This document shows, in pieces, positions 1 through 7,945 of a stretch of DNA of 32,487 nt. Origin of the DNA: a virus (taxonomy: Duplodnaviria > Caudoviricetes); IMG/VR virus record IMGVR_UViG_3300036796_000272, positions 1 through 32,487 of that record; one strand, given 5' to 3'. The notes under the pieces were generated by a model that saw only the letters and a list, made by a program, of their open reading frames with translations, made no database searches and was not told where the DNA came from. Positions within the stretch are counted from its first letter, which is position 1; each line of letters starts with the position of its first letter. Made by a program: the position numbers and the translations under genes.

Positions 1-231
1 TCACATCCACATAACCTGTTGTTGGCCTGCCACACTGGCACCGACCGGATGCGGGGGAACGGCCCTGACCTGCCCCGGCGTCATAATCGCACTGTCATAG
101 GTCTCCATCGTTTTAAACGTGTGGCCGCAGTTGATATTTTGGCACTGGTGATAACGCTCTTTCGTGTGCTGGCTCAGATAACGGCTGGTGCGGGCATGGG
201 CCGCAGTCTGGCATAATGGGCAATGGAACAT
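1..231 (-). CDS. ogr: Ogr/Delta family zinc-finger late gene activator (186 B)
   Basis: MFHCPLC...AHARTSRYLS...ERYHQCQNINCGHTF C4 motif; lies after gene D. Confidence 0.95.
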   Translation of the reverse strand: MFHCPLCQTAAHARTSRYLSQHTKERYHQCQNINCGHTFKTMETYDSAIMTPGQVRAVPPHPVGASVAGQQQVMWM

Positions 232-314
232 TATTAATTCCTCTTCAATGACTGTTGCCGCGATAATACGCTCTGTGATCTAGATTTGAATTAGCTTTAA
301 TCTAATTTACAAAT

Positions 315-1475
315 TCATAAAGCGAAGTCACGCACGTCATAAGTAACCTCCGACAGCAAAACCTCAAACTCCAGCGCCGTCGTAAAACCTCCGTTACTCA
401 AATTGTGCGTGACTTTGCTCACTATCCAGTCTTGCGCATCGATCGCCGCTTTAAACCCGCTGACGCGTACCGGCGTTTCCGGTATGATGTTGGCCCGGCC
501 CATGGCGAGCGACAGTGAAAACTCAGCCACACCGCGCTGAAGCTTTTCCCACTTTGCCTGTGCTGCCCGCATCGCGGCGGCCTTGGTGGCGTAAATTTTG
601 GTGATCGCAAACACGTTATCGTCAGCCCCCACCAGATAATCGCCTTTCGCCGCCTCCGCCGGTTTCCCCGGTTTTTTACTGCTGCCCGGCTTCGCCTTCG
701 GGTGTTGCAGCGCGCGCAAATGCTGCTCTTTTGGCTTGCGCTGCAGCTTCACTTTCTTCGGCTTCGGCTGTTTTGTATTGAGCCAGCTCGCCGTCACGCC
801 GGTGTAGGCATCCCGATCGGCAATGCTGAAACTGTGCTGATCGCCATCCTGCCGGGTGATTGTATACACCGGCAATGGCTTCCCGCCTACCGTGGCGCCG
901 TTCCCCGGCCGCAACAACAGCAGAGCGCCATTTTTCACCGCCGCCACCGCGCCGTTAAGCGTCGCCAGCCGGGTAATAAATGCCGCATCCGTCTCCTGCG
1001 TCTGGTCAATATGGCTGATTTTGATGGTGCCCAGACCGGCGGCCAGCGAGGCTTTTAGCTTATTGCGCGCAGCCACCTTCTGCGCAATGTCGCCCAGGGT
1101 GGTGTCGTGGTAGGACTCATCGCGCCGGGTGTTCAGCGAGCCGCGAAAATCCGCACTACGCGCGCGAATAGTCAACGTGTCCGGCGCGCCCCGGTGTTCG
1201 ACCTCATCGACCGTAAACTGGCCTTTTGGCGTCAATGGCGAGCCTTGCCAGCCGAGCGCCAGCGACAGCACCGCATTGCGCTGCGGCATCGCCATCAGTC
1301 CGTCGCTGTCATCCAGTTCGATGTCGAGCTGGTCGGCCTCAAAGCCCCGGTTATCCGTCAGCGACAGAGAAATCAGCCGCTTGCGGATGTTGTGCGTGAT
1401 GTCGTTATCCTGCAGCAACAGCGAAAAATCCGGCGCAACTCGCGTCCCGGCTGGCAGGCTTACGCCGCTTTTCAT
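315..1475 (-). CDS. D: P2 gpD tail/baseplate hub (late control D family)
   Basis: LTDNRGFEADQLDIELDD and HIDQTQETDAAF motifs; 386 aa; synteny. Confidence 0.93.
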   Translation of the reverse strand: MKSGVSLPAGTRVAPDFSLLLQDNDITHNIRKRLISLSLTDNRGFEADQLDIELDDSDGLMAMPQRNAVLSLALGWQGSPLTPKGQFTVDEVEHRGAPDTLTIRARSADFRGSLNTRRDESYHDTTLGDIAQKVAARNKLKASLAAGLGTIKISHIDQTQETDAAFITRLATLNGAVAAVKNGALLLLRPGNGATVGGKPLPVYTITRQDGDQHSFSIADRDAYTGVTASWLNTKQPKPKKVKLQRKPKEQHLRALQHPKAKPGSSKKPGKPAEAAKGDYLVGADDNVFAITKIYATKAAAMRAAQAKWEKLQRGVAEFSLSLAMGRANIIPETPVRVSGFKAAIDAQDWIVSKVTHNLSNGGFTTALEFEVLLSEVTYDVRDFAL

Positions 1476-1960
1476 GATAACAACCCTCCCATAGCACCGG
1501 CGGCCTTCCCGGCCATCTCTCCGGCTTTATCGTACAGCTCCCCGGCCTGCTGGCGCAGATCGCCAAACATCGCCGACAGGGATTCATCGACCCGTTTCAG
1601 GTTGAGCGTGAACTCTGTGCGGCGCGGGCTGCCGTCGGCGAAAAACTCGGAGTGCGTTTCAGAAATCGACTCGATCACAAACATGCCGTAAATCGTGCCG
1701 GTGCCTTCAATCAGCGGCCACGCCCGGCCCTGCTCGGCCATCAGTTGCAGCGTCAGCAGTGACCAGCGGCCGCCGGTGATCTCCGGCAGCAGTACCCCGG
1801 ACAGCGTGATTTTTTCCTCATCCATCCCCAGAAATTGCGCCGCCGGGCGCAGGCCAACGCGGGCGTTGCTCGGCCAGCGATATTCCGCGTTGCGGCTCAT
1901 GGATTGATACGGCAGCGTCTGCAGCATAAAAACAAACAGCCCCAGCGTTAACATCATCAT
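1472..1960 (-). CDS. U: P2 gpU tail protein
   Basis: MLTLGLFVF..TLPYQ and LSGVLLPEITGG motifs. Start may be any of three tandem ATGs. Confidence 0.93.
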   Translation of the reverse strand: MMMLTLGLFVFMLQTLPYQSMSRNAEYRWPSNARVGLRPAAQFLGMDEEKITLSGVLLPEITGGRWSLLTLQLMAEQGRAWPLIEGTGTIYGMFVIESISETHSEFFADGSPRRTEFTLNLKRVDESLSAMFGDLRQQAGELYDKAGEMAGKAAGAMGGLLS

Positions 1961-4806
1961 GAATCTCCGTAAGTCATGCGGCTACGCGCGGCGGCCGCGT
2001 GTTTGCGTCGTTCGGCCTCGAGCTGGCGCGAGACTTCGCGCGCAATGGAGGCCGCGTCTTGGCCGGGGGCGCCGTACACCTGAATCGTGATCGGGGCTGG
2101 CGCCGTAGCGGGTGCGACAGCCGGGGCCGACGCCATCACCGGCGTTGACAGCGATAACATCGCCGCCGACAGCGCCGCCGTTTTCCGGCGACCGGTGACA
2201 TTGGCCGGGCCGTTGACAATCTCCGGGCCACGCTCGCCGACGATGCCGAACTGGCCGCGCGGGATGATGCCGCCCTTGTCGAATGCCCCCGCATAGCCCG
2301 GCCCCGGCATCAGCTCAGGCGCCGGGCGGTTGTATGAAATCGCCGGGTTAACCTCCGCCTCCTCGTCGCCAAACTTCATCCAGTCCGGCAGCATATCCGT
2401 GAGGCCGGAAAACTTGTCTTTCAGCACCTGCCAACGCTCGCTAATGCCGTCAATGACCCCGTTAATCATGTTCATCCCGGCTTCTTTGAACTGCCCCGGC
2501 AGCGCTTTAGCTCCGTTTACCAGTCCCTCCCATTTGCCATTAAGCCAGCCGGTCAGCCGATCCCATGCCTGAACCGTGGCGGCGCTCAGCGCCAGCCATG
2601 CCGCGTTAACACGCTCGCCGATGGTGTCCCAGACGGCGGCGGCACGCTCCGCAATGCCGCTCGCAACGCCCCAGATGCCGGTCAGCAGGCCGGGCAATCC
2701 GCCCAACAGCTGCAGCGGCAGGCTCAATCCGGCCGCGATCCACTCACCGAACATGCGCCCATAGCGCGCGGCAGTCTGGAGTTCGGCCTGTGAGGATTTC
2801 ACCGGCTCGATCAGCTTGCCGAACCACTGCCAGACGTTGCGCACCATGCTCAGCAGCGGCGTAAATGCGCCTGCCAGCGGGACAAGCGCGGCGCGCATCG
2901 GCGCGAAAGCGGCGCTGAAGCCTTCGCCGATGCCCGTCAAAAAGGCGCTGATAGGTTCCCAATATTTACGGATAGTCAACGCCACACCGACAATCACCGC
3001 CGCCGCCGCGACCACCGGCAGGGTGATCACACTGAATGCGGCCGCAATCCCGGCGCCGACAGTGGTAAAGACCGTTCCCAGCAGCCCGGCCCCGGCGATC
3101 AACATATTGACCCCGGCCATCACCGGCCATGCAATAAGGCCCAGCGCAGCAAGGCCACCGATCAGGGCCGTAACGCCCGCCGTGACTTTCACCAGCGTGC
3201 CGACCAGCTCAGGATTGGCCTTCACCCATGCCCCCGCCTTGGTGAGCCATTCGGTGGCGGAAACCGTGAGCGCGCGCAGCGCTGAGTTCTGGCCGTCGAA
3301 CACCTCAATGCGCACGTCCTCCCAGGCGGAAAACAGGTTTTTCAGGTCGCCGTCGAGGTTGTCCACCTTCACTCGGGCAATCTGGGCCGTAGCCCCTTTT
3401 GACTGGGTGACGGTGCTGTGTTTTTCGCTCAGCTTGCCGTTACCGGCGGCGTCAATCAGCTTGATAGCGCCTTTCATCGCCTCTTCGCCGAAAATAACTT
3501 TCAGGTATTCGGCCTGCTGCGCGGTGCCGAGCTTGTTGGTTTTAAACGAGCCGTTAATTTTCTTGAGGATGTTCGCGATCGGCAGCATGTTCCCCTTGCC
3601 GTCCTTGGTTTTTACGCCCAATTCTGACAACGCATCAGCCGCCTGCCCGACGGGCGCCTGTAACCGCGTAAACATCGCACTGGCCGCCGTACCGGCCATA
3701 GACCCCTTGATGCCGTTATCGGCCAACACGCCCAGCAAGGCGGTGGTGTCCTCGATACTGGCCCCGGCCGCCTCGGCGATCGGCGCGACATACTTCATAG
3801 CCTCGCCAAAATCCATCAGGTTGCTGTTCGAGCTGGTGAAACCTTTGGTCATCACGTCCGCGACGCGCTGGATCTCGTCTATCGGCATGTTAAACGCCGA
3901 TTGCATGTTGGTGATGATGTCGGCCGCGTCGGCGATGTCCAGATCGGAGGCCAGCGCCAGATTTACCGTTGATTCGGTCGATTTCAGAATGGCATCGCCG
4001 TTAAAGCCGGATTTCGCCAATACGGATTGCGTGCGCGCGACATCCGTCGGCGAAAACGCGGTCGTGGCGCCAATATCCCGCGCCTGCTGGCGAATGGCGG
4101 CCAGTTGCTGGTCATTCTTCGATAGTCCGAGCGTGGCTTGCGTGTCTGACATCTGCCTGTCGAACTGCACCCCCGGCGCAATAAACGCCCCTTCAGCGAC
4201 CAGTCCGGCGGTAGCGATACCCAGCCCGGCCGCGCTGGTATTACGGACAGTCGCGGTTGCCGATTGCCCGGCACGGTAACGCGCGCCGACGCGGTTAACC
4301 TGCTCTTGTTTCTTGCTCAGGCGTTCCAGCTCGCCGCGCTGGCGGCCCAGCGCTGTCGTGGCTTCGCTGGCGCTGGCCTTCAACCGGCGCTGTTCGGCGC
4401 TCAGGTTCCGGGTAGCGATGCCGTCAGCATTGAGCGCGTCACGCTGGCGCTGCACCGACTGACGCAGGCCGTTGTATTTCGTCTGCAGCTCGGCGGCAGC
4501 GCGCTTCGATGCCTCCAGTAAACGCGCTTGCTGCGCCGTGGGCTTTTCCGTCGCCTTGAACTGGACGGCCAGCGCGGCCGCCTCTTCCTTGGCTTTCTTC
4601 AGTGCCTTGCCGGTAACGGCAAGCTGTCCCTGCGCCTTGCGAAATCCCTCAATCCGGGCGCTTTGCGCGTCCAGAGCTTTGAGGGTTTGCTGCGTGGTTT
4701 TGATGTCAGCGGCCAGTGATTTACTGGCCTGTTGGATACTCTTTAGCGGGCGGGTGGCTTGGTCTACGGCCTTCAGCAGCACCTGTAGCTGCAGGCTTTT
4801 ACTCAT
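1957..4806 (-). CDS. T: Tail tape measure protein (gpT)
   Basis: 949 aa, Ala-rich coiled coil, LQVLLKAVDQATRP start, TP901-type core (GIKGSMAGT). Confidence 0.95.
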   Translation of the reverse strand: MSKSLQLQVLLKAVDQATRPLKSIQQASKSLAADIKTTQQTLKALDAQSARIEGFRKAQGQLAVTGKALKKAKEEAAALAVQFKATEKPTAQQARLLEASKRAAAELQTKYNGLRQSVQRQRDALNADGIATRNLSAEQRRLKASASEATTALGRQRGELERLSKKQEQVNRVGARYRAGQSATATVRNTSAAGLGIATAGLVAEGAFIAPGVQFDRQMSDTQATLGLSKNDQQLAAIRQQARDIGATTAFSPTDVARTQSVLAKSGFNGDAILKSTESTVNLALASDLDIADAADIITNMQSAFNMPIDEIQRVADVMTKGFTSSNSNLMDFGEAMKYVAPIAEAAGASIEDTTALLGVLADNGIKGSMAGTAASAMFTRLQAPVGQAADALSELGVKTKDGKGNMLPIANILKKINGSFKTNKLGTAQQAEYLKVIFGEEAMKGAIKLIDAAGNGKLSEKHSTVTQSKGATAQIARVKVDNLDGDLKNLFSAWEDVRIEVFDGQNSALRALTVSATEWLTKAGAWVKANPELVGTLVKVTAGVTALIGGLAALGLIAWPVMAGVNMLIAGAGLLGTVFTTVGAGIAAAFSVITLPVVAAAAVIVGVALTIRKYWEPISAFLTGIGEGFSAAFAPMRAALVPLAGAFTPLLSMVRNVWQWFGKLIEPVKSSQAELQTAARYGRMFGEWIAAGLSLPLQLLGGLPGLLTGIWGVASGIAERAAAVWDTIGERVNAAWLALSAATVQAWDRLTGWLNGKWEGLVNGAKALPGQFKEAGMNMINGVIDGISERWQVLKDKFSGLTDMLPDWMKFGDEEAEVNPAISYNRPAPELMPGPGYAGAFDKGGIIPRGQFGIVGERGPEIVNGPANVTGRRKTAALSAAMLSLSTPVMASAPAVAPATAPAPITIQVYGAPGQDAASIAREVSRQLEAERRKHAAAARSRMTYGDS

Positions 4807-4981
4807 CGTGATTAACTCCGCTGCGTTGCAGTGCCAAATGGCGCCAGTTCAACAGCTCCGTGAGCGTCATTCCGGCCATTTCAGACGGCGGCCAGTGGAA
4901 GATCACCGCGATGTCCGCCATCAGGTCATCAACGCCCAGCCGGGCGTCGGGGATTACACCGCCGAGTTCGGCGACAAAAAA
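4799..4981 (-). CDS. E': gpE' extension made by -1 frameshift from gpE (in-frame ATG at 4921, MADIAVIFHWPPSE...)
   Basis: Slippery TTTTTTG at 4975-4981 (minus strand). The -1 frame is open to TAA at 4799 and has the typical E' motif ADIA.IFHWPP. Confidence 0.9.
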   Translation of the reverse strand, partial: FFVAELGGVIPDARLGVDDLMADIAVIFHWPPSEMAGMTLTELLNWRHLALQRSGVNHDE

Positions 4982-5235
4982 CCGACCACTTTCCCGGCAA
5001 ACGCCACCAAATCCGGCAGCTCAAGGCGCGCGCATTCTTCTTTGGTCAGGTTCGGCACGGTCACGCGCGGCAGCACAACCAGCAGCGCGTCAACATCGGC
5101 ATTGGCGAGCGCCGCCAGCCCGACGCCGCGCAGCGCGCTCGCGTTCGGTTTAATCACCTGCACATCGGTGATGGTGGTTTCACCCCGCTTGATCGGGGTG
5201 TCGAGGGTAACGGTATTTTCTTTTGCGTCTTTCAT
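4954..5235 (-). CDS. E: Tail assembly chaperone gpE
   Basis: TLDTPIKRG, LRGV.L and C-terminal VVGFLSP; lies between tube and tape measure genes. Confidence 0.92.
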   Translation of the reverse strand: MKDAKENTVTLDTPIKRGETTITDVQVIKPNASALRGVGLAALANADVDALLVVLPRVTVPNLTKEECARLELPDLVAFAGKVVGFLSPNSAV

Positions 5236-5289
5236 GGTGCTCTCTCAAATCAGGGGGAAAAGGGCCAGCCCGGCGGGCTGGCGCAAAAA

Positions 5290-5799
5290 TTACAGGCCGA
5301 TCGCCTTGCGATGCTCGGCCAGCCGGTCAACGCCGTTGACATTTTCGACCATATTCACGGTATCAACCTCGATCAGCTCTTTGCCGTCCACGGTCAGCTT
5401 GAAGTAAGTACACTCGGTGGATACCTTGGTTTCGGTGTCCTCGCCCTGTTTGTACTCGCCAAAGTCAATTTCTTTGTGGCGACCACGCATCACCACTTCC
5501 ACAGCGGACACCTCGCCGGTGTCGTCACGCTGGAATGACCCGGCAAAGCGCAGCGGCACGGCATCGACGGCGCCCCACTGCTTCAGCACCAGCTCATCAA
5601 TGCCGCCCATCGACCACTCAACGGCCAGCGCGTCATCATCCAGCCCCATATCGATGGAGGCCGCGCCGCTCATGCCGCCGCCCCGGTATTTCTCCAGCTT
5701 GCGGGTGAGCTTCGGCAGCGTCAGCGAGGACACCACGCCCATGTAGCTGTAGCCGTCGTTGAACAGGTTCAGGTATTTCAGTTTTTTCGGCAGTGCCAT
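5290..5799 (-). CDS. FII: Major tail tube protein
   Basis: MALPKKLKYLNLFNDG, LPKLTRKLEKYRGGGM. Confidence 0.96.
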   Translation of the reverse strand: MALPKKLKYLNLFNDGYSYMGVVSSLTLPKLTRKLEKYRGGGMSGAASIDMGLDDDALAVEWSMGGIDELVLKQWGAVDAVPLRFAGSFQRDDTGEVSAVEVVMRGRHKEIDFGEYKQGEDTETKVSTECTYFKLTVDGKELIEVDTVNMVENVNGVDRLAEHRKAIGL

Positions 5800-5814
5800 G
5801 TTCTAACGTCTCCT

Positions 5815-6984
5815 TTAGCGGTTCACGGATGCCGCAAACGTCGCAAGATAGCGATCGGTGATGCGCTGGCGCAGGGTTAAATCTTCCAGCGGTGGCACCG
5901 GCGTGTAGTCATAATCGATAAACAGCTTGCCCGCCTTCAGGGTTTCCTTGGTGTTGGCGCTTTCGTCGTACCAGCAATTACCGTCGATAATCAGCCCGGC
6001 GGATTTCAGCTCGCGGAATTTCGCGTTGATGCCGTCAATCATGTCGCGCACCAGCGTAGGCGTTACCGGGCGGTCAACAGCCCATAGATGCGCCTCGGCC
6101 ATGGTATCGGCCAGCACCTGCGCGGTGCGGGTGTAGTTCTCGAACATGAACAACGGATCATCGGAACAGGTGCGGGAACCCCAGAATTTAAAGCCGTCTT
6201 TGCGGATCAACGTGGTGACGCACGCTTGGTTTAACAGGTCGGCATCGGTGCCGGGCGCCTGCAAATCCCAGAACACGCTGGCGGTGATGCCGGTCACGCC
6301 GTTAACACCGACGTTTGAAAGCGTCTTATGCCAGCCCGTTTCCGTGTCGATTTTGGCGCGCAGCCCCAACGCGCGGGCGGTGGCGTAGGCGATGTCGCTC
6401 TGGTTGGCGGTGGTGTTCCAGCTGACAAAATCCGGCCAGATCAGCATTAGCTCGCGCTGGCTGAAATTGTCGCGGTACTTGGTAGCCTCCTGCACGGTTT
6501 TGCATCCGTAGGCGCTGATATAGCCGAACGCGCGCAACTGCTGGCAAATCCCGGAGAGCGCCGTCGATACCTCCTGATTATCCAGCCCCGGCACGCCGAG
6601 GATGCGCGGCTTAACGCCCAGCTCAGCCTGTGCAGATAACAGCGCTTTCATGCCGGTATAGCGGCCTTCAGCATTCGCACCGCCGATGATGTTGGAGGTG
6701 GTTTCCGCCGCGTCTTTACCGGTGGCAACACGAACAACCACCGTGACCGGCTTCGCCTGTTCGGCGATCGCCCGCAGCGACGTCGCCAGCGTGCCTTTTT
6801 TACCGGCCTTGCCGGAGGCGGCCAGCACATCGGTGATAAGTACCGGGGTATTGAGCGGGAAAACTGACGCGTCGGCATCCTCCGCCGTGCAGACCATGCC
6901 GACGATCGCCGTCGATACGGTGGAAATAACGCGGGTGCCGTCGTTGATTTCGACGACGCGCACGCCGTGATGATAATCGCCCAT
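5815..6984 (-). CDS. FI: Tail sheath protein
   Basis: YHHGVRVVEINDGTR, KPRILGVPG, DYDYTPVPPLEDL. Confidence 0.96.
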   Translation of the reverse strand: MGDYHHGVRVVEINDGTRVISTVSTAIVGMVCTAEDADASVFPLNTPVLITDVLAASGKAGKKGTLATSLRAIAEQAKPVTVVVRVATGKDAAETTSNIIGGANAEGRYTGMKALLSAQAELGVKPRILGVPGLDNQEVSTALSGICQQLRAFGYISAYGCKTVQEATKYRDNFSQRELMLIWPDFVSWNTTANQSDIAYATARALGLRAKIDTETGWHKTLSNVGVNGVTGITASVFWDLQAPGTDADLLNQACVTTLIRKDGFKFWGSRTCSDDPLFMFENYTRTAQVLADTMAEAHLWAVDRPVTPTLVRDMIDGINAKFRELKSAGLIIDGNCWYDESANTKETLKAGKLFIDYDYTPVPPLEDLTLRQRITDRYLATFAASVNR

Positions 6985-7053
6985 TAATTTGCTCCGGGTG
7001 GTGAGTAGGTGCAGGCATGATGACGCCCGGCTCGCCGGGCCGCACGCAGTGGG

Positions 7054-7077
7054 TGCTGGAAGGCCGACCAGACAACA
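7054..7077 (-). promoter_or_regulatory. Ogr-binding site of late promoter pF
   Basis: TGTTGT-N12-CCAGCA upstream of FI, same form as the sites at pV and pO/pP. Confidence 0.7.
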
Positions 7078-7113
7078 GGCCGAGCCGGATTTGGGGATTT
7101 TGGAGGGAATAAC

Positions 7114-7190
7114 GATCGCTCGCGCCGATCAATTACGTTGTATTGATCTACGCAATCAATTGGACGTCTGAGAGCCGGGCGGGGTAAGGT
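7114..7190 (+). promoter_or_regulatory. Three-GATC cluster with two LysR/OxyR-type dyads and a downstream sigma70-like promoter
   Basis: GATC at 7114, 7127, 7145; ATCG-N7-CGAT (7115-7129); ATTG-N7-CAAT (7142-7156); TGGACG-18-TAAGGT (7161-7190). Confidence 0.5.
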
Positions 7191-7231
7191 CTGGAGGTCA
7201 AGCGCGGCAACATCAGGGAAGCCGCAAACAC

Positions 7232-7257
7232 AAAGCCCGCATCACTGCGGGCTTTTT
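7232..7257. terminator. Intrinsic terminator, copy 1
   Basis: aaagcccgca-tcac-tgcgggcttttt. Confidence 0.85.
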
Positions 7258-7374
7258 CATGGGGGTAACGACATCTTTTCGAAAGCGCAGACTTTCGAAT
7301 GGCACTTTTCCTAAGATTTCTCACTTCAGCATTTTTTGCTTGTTCAACCGGCCAAACTGCTTTAGTGTCGCCAA

Positions 7375-7460
7375 TAGACGACACATGCCTCTAGTCGTCA
7401 CATGCAGTAGTTCATGTAGCTATCATCACCAAATTTCGCCCCGCCGTGGGGCATTTTTTT
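7375..7460 (+). ncRNA. Candidate small RNA of about 85 nt
   Basis: TTGTTC-17-TAGTGT promoter (7340-7368); stems GACGAC/GTCGTC and ACATG/CATGT; GC hairpin followed by T7. Confidence 0.5.
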
Positions 7461-7501
7461 AAATATTTGTCCTAAATTCGTTTCTTACCGTTCGTAATCA
7501 C

Positions 7502-7530
7502 TTGCCATGATTTCAGAACATTCCTAACCT
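7502..7530 (+). promoter_or_regulatory. Sigma70 promoter overlapped by an RcsAB-box-like site
   Basis: TTGCCA-17-TAACCT. TCAGAACATTCCTA (7513-7526) matches the consensus TaAGaatatTCctA at 12/14. Confidence 0.6.
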
Positions 7531-7536
7531 AAAAGC

Positions 7537-7625
7537 GTTATTCAGGGTTCGCAATCCCTTATAACAACCTTTGTAACGCTTGATACACCAGAGACAAATT
7601 TTTGCCCGCTTCGGTGGGCTCTTTC
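7537..7625 (+). ncRNA. Candidate small RNA or structured leader/attenuator of about 90 nt
   Basis: 5' hairpin 7537-7565 starts at the predicted +1; 3' hairpin GCCCGC-TTCG-GTGGGC followed by TCTTT. Confidence 0.42.
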
Positions 7626-7710
7626 AACCAAACTAAGGATGGGAATGCCTGCTCTAAAGACGACATCTGGATTAACGGCCAAATCCGAAAAATCATTGAT
7701 TGGAGGCCTT

Positions 7711-7929
7711 ATGAGTATTCATTACCTTACCGATAGTGAAACGCAGAACTTGGAAAAGGTAGGCACGGTTCTGGGCAGATGTGTCATTGATCTTCTTGTT
7801 CGCAAAAAAATAGTCAACACCGATAATATTCTTTCTCAAATAGTCGCAGAAATGGAAAAAGCATCTGATAACGATGAATTCCAGTTATACCGCGACACAT
7901 TGGAGTTTGTAGGCACGCTTTCAAAATAA
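7711..7929 (+). CDS. YmgB/AriR-family biofilm/acid-stress regulator-like moron (72 aa)
   Basis: GGAGG RBS at 7702. Pattern LE...VLG..V..L......VN..NI........E..SD......R.TLE.V aligns with recalled E. coli YmgB/AriR. AT-rich and opposite to the late genes. Confidence 0.75.
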   Translation: MSIHYLTDSETQNLEKVGTVLGRCVIDLLVRKKIVNTDNILSQIVAEMEKASDNDEFQLYRDTLEFVGTLSK

Positions 7930-7945
7930 CCGGGGAAATGCCACT

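Noticed and set aside
291-305. TTAG-N7-CTAA dyad upstream of ogr as a CI operator, loosely similar to TTCG-N7-CTAA near 30139
   Set aside because: Plausible by analogy with 186 pB, but too degenerate in AT-rich DNA to call.
2816-5407. Long plus-strand ORFs (487 aa, 311 aa) opposite the tape measure and tail genes
   Set aside because: Antisense shadows of GC-rich, codon-biased genes, with no recognisable motifs.
7148-7462. ORFs 7148-7384 (-) and 7259-7462 (+)
   Set aside because: They run through terminator hairpins, lack an RBS and have non-protein-like composition. An RNA or regulatory reading fits better.
7639-7710. Longer 96-aa start for the AriR-like gene
   Set aside because: GGAGG precedes ATG 7711 and the similarity starts after it, although an AAGG before 7639 means this start cannot be fully excluded.
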